A stretch of 64,000 bases of DNA from contig NC_091288.1 of assembly GCF_032444005.1 (NCBI RefSeq), positions 224,006,001-224,070,000 on the forward strand, read 5' to 3'. A program made the translations under genes and the position numbers. This document shows positions 37,779-49,995 of the stretch, piece after piece. Each line of letters starts with the position of its first letter. The stretch's first letter is position 1. Source of the stretch: Ranitomeya imitator (lineage: Eukaryota). Below the pieces are notes generated by a model. It was not told the DNA's origin, did not search any database, and saw only the letters and a list, made by a program, of their open reading frames with translations.

Positions 37779-38325
37779 TGTCATGATCCAGTCCGGGTTT
37801 TGAGTCCTGTCTGCCCTTTTTCCGGGCTGATCATGTCAAGGGTTAACTTTGCTCTGCCTCATTCTGGGTTCAGGTTTGCTATTTAGCTCCACTGCATCCT
37901 GCAGGCAGTGTCAGTTATATTTTCTGCCTACGGCGTGAGTATCGGACTCTAGTAGTACCCTGATTGGTCCTACTGCGCTTTCTGACCTTCCTCGTGTCTA
38001 TTCCTCCTTCCCTGCCCGTCCTGTCTTAGTGTTTCCTGATTGCTTTTGGATTTCCCGGTATTTGACTCGGCTTTGACTCTGACTTGACTTTGCTTCTAGT
38101 CCCTGGTACTTCTGCCTTTTGTCTGGTATTGACCCTTTGGCTCTCCACTGACTCTGTGCTTGTTTTTTCCCTTTGTACTGCGTGACGGTCTAGGCTTTGA
38201 CTCGGCTTGTTTGACTATTCTGCTGCCACCTGGCTGCAGGTCTGAACTTGCGGACTTGTTACTATCCTTCCACTCTTTTGCCATCTAGTGGAAGTTGCAG
38301 TTACCTGCATAGCTGCAGCGTGACA
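37779..38325. mobile_element. Solo LTR, 547 bp
   Basis: TGTCA...TGACA termini; 5-bp TSD GTATT at 37774-37778 and 38326-38330. Confidence 0.85.
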
Positions 38326-39249
38326 GTATTCTACTGAAATAAAATGTAACCAGTGACAGATACTGTATATGGGGTGAAAATGCTCAGTGCATAAATTAGA
38401 AATTCATAGAATATTCATTGAATTAATTGCAAAAAATATCACTCTACAAATATCCAATAAAGTGCAAGAGGTTATAGAAAGTAAGTGCAAAAAGTGACTG
38501 CAAAGTGCAAAAGTAGCGCAACGTGTAATATGCTGCAACTATAAATGACATTGTCGCCCTCATCAGCATATAATGGGTGCGCCCGTCCTGATGCATCCGG
38601 GTAACAGACCACACAGGGATAAAAGCTATGAAACCACAAACATAGTAAGATTGGAGCAAACAGACAACATCATGTGTTTGCGAACCGATATACTGTATGT
38701 TTCACCGTTGCTTTAGCAGAAAGAGGCCAGAAGATTGTCTGATAAGCTGCTGATCAATAGCTACAGGACCCGTGTGAGATCACCGAGTACACGATCGAGA
38801 GTCAAAAAACACATGAATGCAACACTAACCATCAGACACGATGGGCATGTACAGTATAACAGGAACTGGCTGCTGGAAATGACCAACATTCATCAATAGT
38901 AAAACCCTACGTATTCACGACGTTCAAGTTATATAAAGCAAAATATAATCTAAAAGACCACACCGCAAAACATTGCCATATGCTTACCCCCCAAATACAA
39001 TTATAAAGAAAGGAGGCTGTTATGATAAAAAGAACAACAGGGTTATAAAAATCTATATACAGCAAACAGGGAATAAACAGCAAAAATGTAAATCTATGCA
39101 TATAAACAAGGTAGAAAAAACCAATATAACGTGAAAGTGTACAAGTGCTGCCAAGCGAAATAGTGAACAACACACGTGTAAAAGGGAAAATAAAAATAAG
39201 AGGTGAATATGAGAGTAAGAAGGGTACATGTATATATGATCGAGGTGAG

Positions 39250-40300
39250 CTTTGAGGTATCATCCTCTTCTTTGGCGACTTCAATTGTTAAAAGCAGCTC
39301 CTTTGTCTAAATTCCCTGGAGGTGAGAACCACGTATTTAAGATTTGTCCTCAATCCTCAAAAGGATGACTCCATGTATAAATTAAAGAAAACTTATTGCA
39401 GCTTCAAGAGCTCTGATCATTGATAGAACAGAAATTCGCTGCCTCCAGTATGTTGGAGGCAAACTCTTCCAGTAAAATTACAGCCGGATGCACAATAAGG
39501 AGGGACAAAGGGTCGTCGTTTCATGGTCATTCACAATTCAACATGTCGTTAAACAAAAAAAAACCCATCATTAAACATGTGGTTTCATGAAATCATGGTT
39601 ACATCCTTTTATTATAAGAAGATGCTATGTGTTACTCTATAGTCCAAGGTTTCACCTAGAGCCACCATGACGCTAAAGGTCCTGGTGACCCAAGAGAAGT
39701 GTCTTCTGTAAATGTCGTATCCTTACTCACTCATTAATCATTTACCTTCCTAAATCATACCACGGGAAATGTTGTTTTCTAAACTGAATATTCTGAATTT
39801 CTTTTAAGCTGAAGACTACTTATATGACCATTTAAATGGATTTATAAAAGGAGATATATTAAAATCTTATCAGATCCTGCCTGTGATAGAACAAGAGATG
39901 TTAGGGGTAACTTTAAATTCTTTACTCCTTGTGGAATCATAAAAAACTGGTTGCTTCCTCCGCGTTGGAACACACAACACAGTCACGCCATAGCGTTCAT
40001 CCTCCAAGGGGGGCCTGAAAAACCACAGCCATGAACTCCACGTTCTTTCTTCCCACCTAATAGGAAAGTTTAATGCTCATATCGTTGTTGTTCATTGTCT
40101 TTACGAAGGAATCTGGGTCACTCATATTCCAAATCTAATCACAATCGCATCATCAATATATCTGGTGCATTTCTAATATGTTCATTCTGGAAGATCCTCC
40201 TCTTCTACAACCCCCAAAAAGAGACATGCAAATGAGAGTGTTGAGGACATTCCCTCGGAATTCTCCTGAGGCTGTAGGTAGACGACCTCCCGGAAAAAAA
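39250..40300 (-). pseudogene. Highly degenerate Penelope-like element RT plus GIY-YIG endonuclease remnant
   Basis: Minus-strand fragments GMSSTLSFACLFLG, TRYIDDAIVI and FVKTMNNNDMSIKLS (RT); HGVILL and LKYVVLTSREFRQR (GIY-YIG-like). Many stops and frameshifts. Confidence 0.6.
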
Positions 40301-42355
40301 AGGAACAATGTGTGAAGATAAATCACAGAAGTTATAAGATGAACTTACATAACTGTTCTATCCAAGTCCGACATCAACTGAAAGTTGTGCACTGCTTCCA
40401 AACCAGCTAAGTGTCTAACTGAGGTGATTTCCTGGATTTTATTTTAGATTTTCTATCTCTCAATGTTAAAATTAACCTACCCTTAATATTATAGACTGTT
40501 CATGTCTTTGTCAGTGGGCAAATGTACAAAATCAGCAAGGGATCAAATACTTATTTCCCCCTCTCTACATTATCCTTACACAGACCATAACCAATGGACT
40601 TATCTTCATCGTTTCTCCAGAGTCCTGCTCAATCCTCCTATGTCCGGCACATATGGACGGTGCAGGGAGCAATGATCCTACGCAGATCCCACCTGAAGGC
40701 TCGTATTGAAGCAGCCAGGACCAGGATCCTGCTCTGAGCACTGATCACATCTGATCACATCTGACCACAATCCTTTGACTGTTGAGTTGCTCAGGAGAAT
40801 CCCGACCTTCTCTTGGATTTTACATTTGTGGAGTAATTTACATGTATTCTTAACCCTATAATTATGGGAAATGACAGGTCATAAACTTTATCTGTTATCT
40901 TAATAGACAAGGATGGAAGAATAAGCACAAATATATCAGACTGTGGGGGCTGCTTCTGGAGGGTCTCCTCTGTCGGCTAGATGTCATGGATCCATCTTTT
41001 TCCGACTCTCGTCTTCTCCCTAGAACGCCTCATGTTCTCCAATGTAACTAGAAACAACCACAATGTGATTAACAAAGCAGCAGATTTACATTTTACCGAT
41101 CGAAATCGCTTTAACCTCCTATACAGTCACGTTCTCAGGACAAACACGATGACGGTGTAGATTTACCTTACACTATGCTGAAAACAACCTGTGAATAGTG
41201 GTCTCGGAAATAAACCCATCTGGAGTAAAGACGAAACCGGAAATTCCAACTTCCATGACATATCCATACCAGTGACATCTAATAATGTGACCCCATCATG
41301 TACCAAGCCTCCAAAGTCACAATTATCTCTGCACCCCTAAATCTGCACCCCACCTGCTCTACAAATGACAGTCAACGGCGCCACGTTCATACCGTAAGCC
41401 ACAGAACAGGTGTCAGACGCTGAGTTGTGAAGTTGTATCTTCATCACGGCTTTGGTCAATGTTCTCCTGATAATTATTCCATTACTTATTCCTCTTTCAA
41501 TGATTATGGCAACTGAACACATTGTACCAAATTAGTAAAAAAAGAATATTCTTGAGATAAATATAGGGATCAAGAAGCAAATATGGTGCAAAGCTTCCGG
41601 TCTAACGGAATGGACATTTTTGAACCTTATAGGAAGAAAAAAAATCTAAAAAAAAAACCTTTCTCCTAAAAATAAATGTTGACCCCTGGGTTTCTATTCT
41701 TGGAAATCTAATATAAATTAGGAGAAGATCCTTAAATAAAGTCGTTTGCTGAGACATTATTATTCTTAGCATACAAAATACTTCACATTTTTGGATTAAG
41801 CAAAATCCACCTGATACGAGTTCAGTTAGATACGAGGAGAAATCACATTCACAATTCTGAAAATTAAAATGAATCACTAAAACGATCTTTTCACTGATAG
41901 CTGATCTGATTGTCTGGAAAATAGACGATGGTTGACATCAGTGAGACGTGAACTAAGTGTTTTTTGCTGATACCGTGTTTGTCTTTCTTTCCCTTTTCCC
42001 TATCGCAGGGCCCACCGTTTTTATTGTGTCCCCGGTGTTCCCTTGTGAGTCTCGCCACTCTGTGACTGACCACCTGTTGGACGTGTCATGCTTGGACAGT
42101 CACTTCGTGACACAAAGGACTCGATGCCTAACATCTTGTGACCCCAGTAATGAAGCCGCAGGCTCCACAATGAAACACCACCTCAATGACTGATGGCTGC
42201 TCGAAGTCCTGCCTTCCTCGGGTTACTGTTGACAGTTCATTTTTCCAGGGACATTTGCATTCTGGGCACATTTGCATCCTTAGTCGCCTTGCAGTAGATG
42301 AAGCACAGAGGTTTATTCCACTGGAGCTCATGCGGTTGGAGACAAATGGTCTAAC

Positions 42356-43246
42356 ATGGAGTGGCCTCTGTGGATGTCCATCTACACGCTCATCTCATGC
42401 CCCTTTGGAATAATCATGAACTTCTTGATTTTTCATGTGTATTACAGAGATTACGCGCAGGGCAATCCTCTGACAGTGTGTGACCAGATCCTGTCCTCCA
42501 TGACGGTCAGCAGCCTCATCCTGCAGTGCACATTGTCTATCAGCATCATTACATACTGTGCACCAACCAGCCCCCTCATTCTTAGACATATCACAATATA
42601 TAACTTTTTCATGATTTTTTTCCTTAGTGAAGCTAGTTTTTGGCAGACAGCTCTCCTCTCAACCTATTACTGTGTCAAACTCCTCAGTTTCTCCCATCGA
42701 TTCTTCAGTTGGCTGAAAAAGACCATGTTGACCTGTACCATGAGGCTCGTGATGGTGACCACAGCCCTGTCATTCCTCATCAATATTCCCTTTGCGTGGA
42801 CACTACATCTAGGCAATCCTTACAATCTGACTGAGGACATGTGCGGGACAACTTACACTGTCAATCTTCCGTCTCTGCATGTGTCTCTAAACCTGATATT
42901 GGGCAGTTGTCTACCGTGTCTTGTTACCTTCACCTGTATTAGTCTCAGTGTCCACACGATTCTGCGACACGTCTGGCGTGTTGGGCAGAATGGGCTCCAG
43001 CTCAGCTCGGCTCGGCTTGGTGGCCTGGTTTGGGCGGCATGTACAATGAGTCTTTGTGTTTTCTGTGACTTGTCCTTCAGTGTGAATGTCATCGGGACAC
43101 TTTTATCGTCGTTCAGCATATCCGATGTTTTATACAGCATCTATTGGGTAATTTTGAGTTCTTATGGCACTGTGCGATCCATCATTTTAATAAGTGGAAA
43201 TCCAAAATTAAAACTTGGAGTGTTCAGAAGAAATGTCCACTCTTGA
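42356..43246 (+). CDS. TAS2R: Divergent TAS2R-family receptor, intact, 296 aa
   Basis: GIIMNFLI, CDQILSSM, FWQTALLSTYYCVKLLSFSHRFFSWLK, LRHVWRV, RSIILISGNPKLK; very short N- and C-termini. Confidence 0.85.
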   Translation: MEWPLWMSIYTLISCPFGIIMNFLIFHVYYRDYAQGNPLTVCDQILSSMTVSSLILQCTLSISIITYCAPTSPLILRHITIYNFFMIFFLSEASFWQTALLSTYYCVKLLSFSHRFFSWLKKTMLTCTMRLVMVTTALSFLINIPFAWTLHLGNPYNLTEDMCGTTYTVNLPSLHVSLNLILGSCLPCLVTFTCISLSVHTILRHVWRVGQNGLQLSSARLGGLVWAACTMSLCVFCDLSFSVNVIGTLLSSFSISDVLYSIYWVILSSYGTVRSIILISGNPKLKLGVFRRNVHS

Positions 43247-44110
43247 CTTCATAAAAATAGTGATCGATTCAAGTGTAACTTCGTCTGCAGCTGAATCCTC
43301 GCCTCATTGTTATTCTGGACTAAATGTAGACATTTTAGATTTTATTTGGGAATTCACCCACTTCCCCATAATGCAGACTCGTCTTCCATGTTTTATGATA
43401 AACTATCTTCTGCATGTGTCACGGCCAGCGTCGTCCATCATTACCCAGAAACGGAATGGAATCATACAGAATGGAAGTTCGATGATTAGTAAAGAAGATA
43501 CAGAATATCCACAGAAACCTTCTCCATCATCGAGACAACAGCCAATTTATGAAAGAAAGGACAATATCGAGAAGAAGAATGAATCAGCAGAAAAGTTCTG
43601 ATAACGTGACCCATGACGACAAAAATATAATGTGCTTTCTGCCAGCTACCTGGAATGGAGCAGACATGAAGACGGACTAAATACTAAGCTGCTTGTGCGT
43701 TACGCAAGGAAGCTCAATGGTCCTCCCGACCTAGAAAGAATCATTCTGTGGATTTTATTTCTTTCTTTGTTCCTTTTCTTCTAAATTGTATTAATTTGCT
43801 GATAAATGTAAATCTTTAGAAATAAAAATATATAGAGGAAACGTGATAATTTATTACAGATGTCTGGTAAGATGGTTCAGTGTGCAGAAACAAACGTGTG
43901 ACAGAACTTTATCAGTGAGAGAATGCATTTGAGTTCTACACGGATTTTACAAATAGGTGAATCTTTTGTAATTCGCTTCTGCACCGATTCAGCAAGACAG
44001 AGGTCATCGTCAGCCATTATTTTGAACCATAAAAATCATTAAAATGTAAAATAAATCCTTATGCACACCTCACAGCCGACCTGTCTGGTCATCCACTACT
44101 CACTGACACC

Positions 44111-46354
44111 CAGCGTCGGACTGGAGCACCTTGGGCCCCCCAGAGAAAATTATTCTTGGGGGCCACTATGTAGCTACATAGAAATAGATACGAGACCACC
44201 AATTGTGCAGTAAAACACGCTAATGTCAGGGTATAATATAAGGTAGTACACATCTTATTTATGCAGCAGGGGTTGGGGTAGAATCATAGAGGGGTAGCCC
44301 CCTCATAGAATATAATGCAGCCTCCCACATAAAATATAATGCAGCCCCCTCATAAAATATAATGTAGTCTCTCTCATAGAATATAGTGTATTCTCCCTCA
44401 TAAAATATAATGCAGCCCCCTCTCATAGAATATGATGCAGCACCGCACAAAATATAATGCAACCTCCTCAGGTATAACGCAGTCCCCACCATAGAATATA
44501 ATGTAGCCCCCTCATATGGTATAATGCAGCCCACCACAGAATATAATGCAGCCCGCCCATAGAGTATACTGTAGCCCCCTCATAGAGCATAATGCTGCCC
44601 CCCTCATATAGTATGATGAATCCCCCAGAATATAATGTAGTCCCCTCATAGAATGCTGTCCTACTACAGGATACAACAGAGCCCCCCCCCCATAGAGTAT
44701 ACTGTAGCCCCCTCATACAGTAATATGTAGCCCCCCAGAATATAATGTAGTCCCCTGAGAGAATAATGTAGCCCCACCATAGAATATAATGCAGTCCCCC
44801 ATGTAGTATACTGTAGCCCCCTCATATAGTATGATGTAGCCACCCAGAATATAATGTAGTCCCCTGAGAATTATGCAGTCCCACCACAGAATATAATGTA
44901 GCCCCCTCATAAAGTATAATGCAGCCCCTCTCCACCCCATCATTGTCCTCATCACCGCCTCCATCATTGCCTTTTCTCCACCACCATCATTGCCCATCAC
45001 CACCATCATTGCCTCCCCCACCACCATCATTGCCCATCACCTCCATCATTGCCTCCCCCAACCACCATCATTGCCCATCACCTCCATCATTGCCTCCCCA
45101 ATTCCATCATTGCCCATCACCTCCATCATTGCCTCCCTCACCATCATTCCCCATCATTTCCATCATTGCCTCCCTCACCATCATTGCCCATCACCTCCAT
45201 CATTGCCTCCCCACCATCATTGCCCATCACCTCCATCATTGCCTCCCTCATCATCATTGCCCATTACCTCCATCATTGCCTCCCCAACACCACCATCATT
45301 GCCCATCACTTCCATCATTGCCTCCCCTCACCATCATTGCCCATCACCTCCATCATTGCCTCCCCCCACCACCATCATTGCCCATCACCTCCATCATTGC
45401 CCCCCCACTGCCATCATTGCCCATCACCTCCATTATTGCCTCCCCCACCATCATTGCCCATCACTTCCATCATTGCCTCCCCACCCCACCATCATTGCCC
45501 ATCACCTCCATCATTGCCTCCCCACCCCCACCATCGCCCATCACCTCCATCATTGTCTCCCCCACCATCATTGCCCATCACCTCCATTATTGCCTCCCCC
45601 ACCATCATTGCCCATCACTTCCATCATTGCCTCCCCTCACCATCAATGCCCATCACCTCCATCATTGCCTCCCCACTACCACCATCATTGCCCACCACCT
45701 CTATCATTGTCTCCCCACCAATATCATTGGCCTTCCCCCCACCCTCCCACACACACAAACACCACCGCATCACTCTCAAACTCACACACAAAGCACAGCA
45801 TCACACACACTCGCACACACATATACACACACCCAGGCACACAGCACAGCTCACCTCCCCATAGCAGCAGCACATCCCGGCAGCCTCTTCCTCGTCGTCA
45901 GCTTTCTATCTGAGACAGCGCGCTGGATGATGATGTCATCCAGCTGAGCTGCCTGAGTCAGACAGAAAGCAGGACGCCGGGATGTGTTGCACTGTGAGTC
46001 TGTGTGTATGTGCTGCGGTGCTTTGTGTATGTGGTGCAGGCAGTATTAGCTGCAGCCTGCGGCTAACGCTGCACGCTATTAAAGAGAAATGACATTCATG
46101 CCTCTCCACGCCCATAGGGGCGTTGGGAAGCGTGAATATTCATTTTGCTTTAGCAGTGGGGACAGGATCCTGTCTCCAGCTGCTGCTACACTGCCACAGG
46201 GCAGGCCCCCTTGACTCAGGGTCCCCATAACCACTGGCAGGGGGCCCTGGAGCAGTGGGGGCGCTAGACAGCTGCTGGTCAGTATACCAGCAGGTGTCAG
46301 TGCCTGGGCCCACCGGAGAATCCTCCGGTTCTCCAATGGGCCAGTCTGAGCCTG
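44111..46354. mobile_element. Probable non-autonomous hAT-like element filled with simple repeats
   Basis: Imperfect TIRs CAGCGTCGGACTGG / CCAGTCTGAGCCTG. Interior: ~21-bp ATAGAATATAATGCAGCCCCC repeats (44290-44920), a CAT/CAC C-rich array (44930-45740) and (CA)n. No clean 8-bp TSD. Confidence 0.5.
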
Positions 46355-46463
46355 ACTGCATTGAGAACACGTGATGGTGTCTCCGCGGCTTTTCTACATG
46401 CATTTGCATATTTCCCATAAGGGATAGGGGCAGTGTTCTGGATCACTGCGTTGAGAAACACTT

Positions 46464-46502
46464 CCCCTGACGAAGCTGTCTTGAACAGCGATACGCGTAG
46501 GG
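46464..46502 (+). ncRNA. Type I hammerhead ribozyme variant with GAAA>GATA core mutation
   Basis: CCC-CTGACGA-A-GCTGT-CTTGA-ACAGC-GATA-CGCG-TA-GGG: stem I 3 bp, stem II 5 bp, palindromic ACGCGT stem III, GTA triplet. Confidence 0.6.
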
Positions 46503-47116
46503 CTCTCCCTCCGTTGCCCTTCACTTGCTGGCTGCCCAGTCCTTGCTATATTGTCTCTATATTTTGTGAGCCTTCTGTCTGGATCACCTTCTAGCTGCCG
46601 CAGCATGTTCCCCTCTTATGCTCAGGACGGGTGACAGCCGTGCTCCTTCTTCCTATTTGGGGTAATTATTTGGCCGCATTTGCATGTGCCCTACTCATTA
46701 CATACCAGGAGGACTATTTGCTGTGGGTAAGCTGCAGCCAGACAGGGTTTTGCTATCGACAGATATATCTTTTGCTGGTCAGGACAGGGCGGCTTTGCCA
46801 GTAATTATTTGTGTGTATACTATTTGATTATCTCCCATATTTGATGCATGTTTTCCACTACTATATGGAAGTATTGTGTGTTGGGCAGTGTTGGGCACAC
46901 GTATATGGAGGGAGTTTTGTGTGTATGGTTTTAATTGTTTTTATATGTTACCAATAAAGCTTGTTTGACTTATTATAACTTTTGGTGGTGTGCATACATT
47001 ATAGTGGCTCTTCTTTTCTTGTTTATTATCTGCTCTGCGTATTAGCCATTGTTTTGCACCCCCAATATATATTTATTTATTTGATATCATTGTGGTGTGC
47101 CAACTAATTTTTCTAT

Positions 47117-47541
47117 GAGAAACACGTGATGGTGTCTCCACGGTGTTGGATGTTCTGATCTCCCCGAGGTCATTCGTCCTTATGTTTATAGCCTTTTTAC
47201 TAGGCACTGCTCCTAATAGCCAGTTTCCTACTCCACACTGATGAGGGGCAAATACCCCGAAACAGCTGTCTGTGGATGGATACCATGCTTGGCATAGGTG
47301 GTTTTCCTTCATAGGATGCTGCCCTTCCCGTGGTTGTTCCTTCCCGGTGAAAGACCTGGCTATTTATTGCTTGCGCTGAGAAACACGTGATGGTGTCTCC
47401 GCAGCTTTTCTACATGCATTTGCATATTTCCCATAAGGGATGGGGGCAGTGTTCTGGATCACTGCGTTGAGAAACACGTGATGGTGTCTCCACGGTGTTG
47501 GATGTTTTGATCTCCCCGAGGTTATTCATCCTTATGTTTAT
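47117..47541 (+). mobile_element. Retrozyme-like unit of about 352 nt with terminal redundancy
   Basis: The block GAGAAACACGTGATGGTGTCTCCACGGTGTTGGATG.. repeats at 47117 and 47469. Block 47378-47477 is also found at 46363-46461. A hammerhead lies inside. Confidence 0.6.
47232..47276 (+). ncRNA. Minimal type I hammerhead ribozyme with intact catalytic core
   Basis: TCCACA-CTGATGA-GGGG-CAAATA-CCCC-GAAA-C-AGCT-GTC^-TGTGGA: 6-bp stem I, 4-bp stem II, palindromic ACAGCTGT stem III; predicted cleavage after 47270. Confidence 0.85.
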
Positions 47542-47544
47542 ACA

Positions 47545-48190
47545 TTTCCACCCTGGGCACAATGTCCTGGTGTCACATCTCCACCCCGGGCACAATTTCC
47601 TAGTGTCACATCTCCTCCACCCCAGGCACAATGTCCTGGTGTCACATCTCCTCCATCCTGGGCACAACATCCTGGTGTCACATCTCCTCCATCCTGGGCA
47701 CAACGTCATGGTGTCACATCTCCTCCAGCCTGGGCACAGTGTCCTGGTGTCACATCTCCTCCACCCTGGGCACAATGTCCTGGTGTCACATCTCCACCCT
47801 GTGCACAACGTTCTGGTGTCACATCTCCTCCTCCCTGGGCACAATGCCCTGGTGTCACATCTCCTCCACCCTGGGCACAAAGTCCTGGTGTCACATCTCC
47901 TCTACCCTGGGCACAACGTCCTGGTGTCACATCTCCAACATCCTGGGCACAATGCCCTGGTGTCACATCTCCTCCACCCTGGGCACAAAGTCCTGGTGTC
48001 ACATCTCCTCTACCCTGGGCACAACGTCCTGGTGTCACATCTCCAACATCCTGGGCACAGTGTCCTGGTGTCACATCTCCTCCTCCCCGGGCAAAAGGTC
48101 CTGGTGTCACATCTCCTCTTCCCTGGGCACAATGTCCCGGTGTCACATCTCCTCCACCCTGCGCACAACAACCTGGTGACACATCTCTTA
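47545..48190. repeat. 36-bp minisatellite (some 33-bp units), about 18 copies
   Basis: Unit GTCACATCTCCTCCACCCTGGGCACAATGTCCTGGT. Confidence 0.93.
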
Positions 48191-49995
48191 CATGTCCTCC
48201 TCTCATCTCAGTCATTCATTAGTATATGCCTGAAGAAGGTGCCATTGTGCTCTGGAAGCTGCAAATATCATTCTACTGGTTAACGATAAAGGGATCCCTC
48301 TGAGAACATAGTAAAGGGATCACTCCGAGAATATAATAACGGGATCACTCCTAGGATATAGTAATAGGATCACTCCAAGAATATAATAAAGGGATCTCTC
48401 TTAGGGGGAAGGGAGGTACCTGTCACTGCACATACTGCGGTCAGTGATGTAGAACCTGAGTATTTTTGCTACTTGGGAGAGCAGGAACTTCTACGTGGCT
48501 CCAGGAGGAGCCAAGGACTGTGCGGGTTACCTGTAGGGGAATCCTGCAGGAAGAGGACTCTTACGGACTGTGTCGGCCTTGTTTGTTTTACCCTTATGCC
48601 AGAAAGGCTGTTTGTTTTGCTGAACTCTGCTAAGGTTTACGCTGTGATTCTCTACCAGAACGGTTCCTGTGTCGACCTTGTGAAGCAGCGGAGGGAGTCA
48701 ACCGCTCACAAAGTATTTACACTGAAAACTCTTCAAAATCACTTCAGGAAGCTAAAAGAAAATTCCAAAAAACTCCCTGAAGAAGGAATGTTTCCTGAAG
48801 AAGTTTACACTGAAAAACTACAGAGGACAGAGGGGCAGTCGCACTGGGCCCCTGACATGAAGGGGCCCACCAGGAGCTACCGTTACACTTAACTACATTG
48901 GCGTACACAACACGAACAGGACGTCAGAATCCCGGCTTGATTATGTCAGCGCGTCGGATTGCCCAGACCTGCCGCTGCACCCTCTGGGGTTAAGTGAGCA
49001 CATGATGTTTATTTTACATTTTAATATTGCGTGAGAGTCATTTTGTGTGCAGAATACTAATGAAGCCCTAATATATAGTGGGGTCTACTAAGCGGAGCAT
49101 CATATATAGTGAGGGCTGCTATGGGGGACATCATACAGCATAGCAGACACTAAGGGGGCCATGATACAGTGTGAGTGCTACAAATGGGGCCTTCATACAT
49201 TGTGGGGGCTAATAAGGGGGCCATGGCCATGATACAGTGTGTGGGCTACTAAGTGGGCTAGTATACAGAATGGGAGCTACTAAGTTGGCCCTAATACAGA
49301 GTGGGGTCTGCTAAGGGGGCCCTCCCATATAATGCGAGACATTAAGGGGGTCATGATACAGAGTAGGGTTACTAAGAGGGCCATGATACAACATGTGAGC
49401 AACTAAGAGGACCATCATACATTGTGGGGGCTAACAAGGGGCCATAATACAGTGTGAGAGCTAGTAAGTGGGCTCATATACATAATGGGGGCTACTAAGT
49501 TGGCCCTCATACAGAGTGGGGTCTGCTAAGGGGGCCCTCTTATATAATGGGAGACATTAAGGGGGCCCTCACACATATTGATTGCTACTGAAGGGACCCT
49601 CATAAATAGTGTGAGATACTAAGGGGGCTCTCTTACTTAGTGGAGCTTCTTGTTGCAGAGTGCGTCTTCTTGCAGTCACTGCTGTACTTAGGAAAGCTTC
49701 AATCAGCAAGATATCTTGAGTAAACAGTATTTACTTCATACTGGATAAACATGAGATACAATTCAGTGTCACACAGTCCGTGCACTGAACACAACACATT
49801 CATGAAGAAAAGCAAAACCGAAAGTAAGAAAACAACCAACCACTGAGAGCTTCCCTCCCCACATTACAGCAAGTATATGACTTTACACACTATCGCCATC
49901 TGCTGTCTGGTTAGTATAAAGTCCTCCTTTCACTTATAATATGTCCCAATCTGGCATATGCCAACACCCTTTCTCAACAGTAAGGACTTATTCAA

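Noticed and set aside
44919-45947. Three overlapping His/Pro-rich ORFs resembling histidine-rich proteins
   Set aside because: A CAT/CAC/CCC low-complexity array is open in all three frames, which is expected from composition alone.
47410-48283. Repeat ORFs on both strands
   Set aside because: They are translations of the 36-bp minisatellite.
48420-48925. Possible LTR with PBS-like TTGGCGTAC..ACGAACAGGA
   Set aside because: The left boundary and TSD could not be established.
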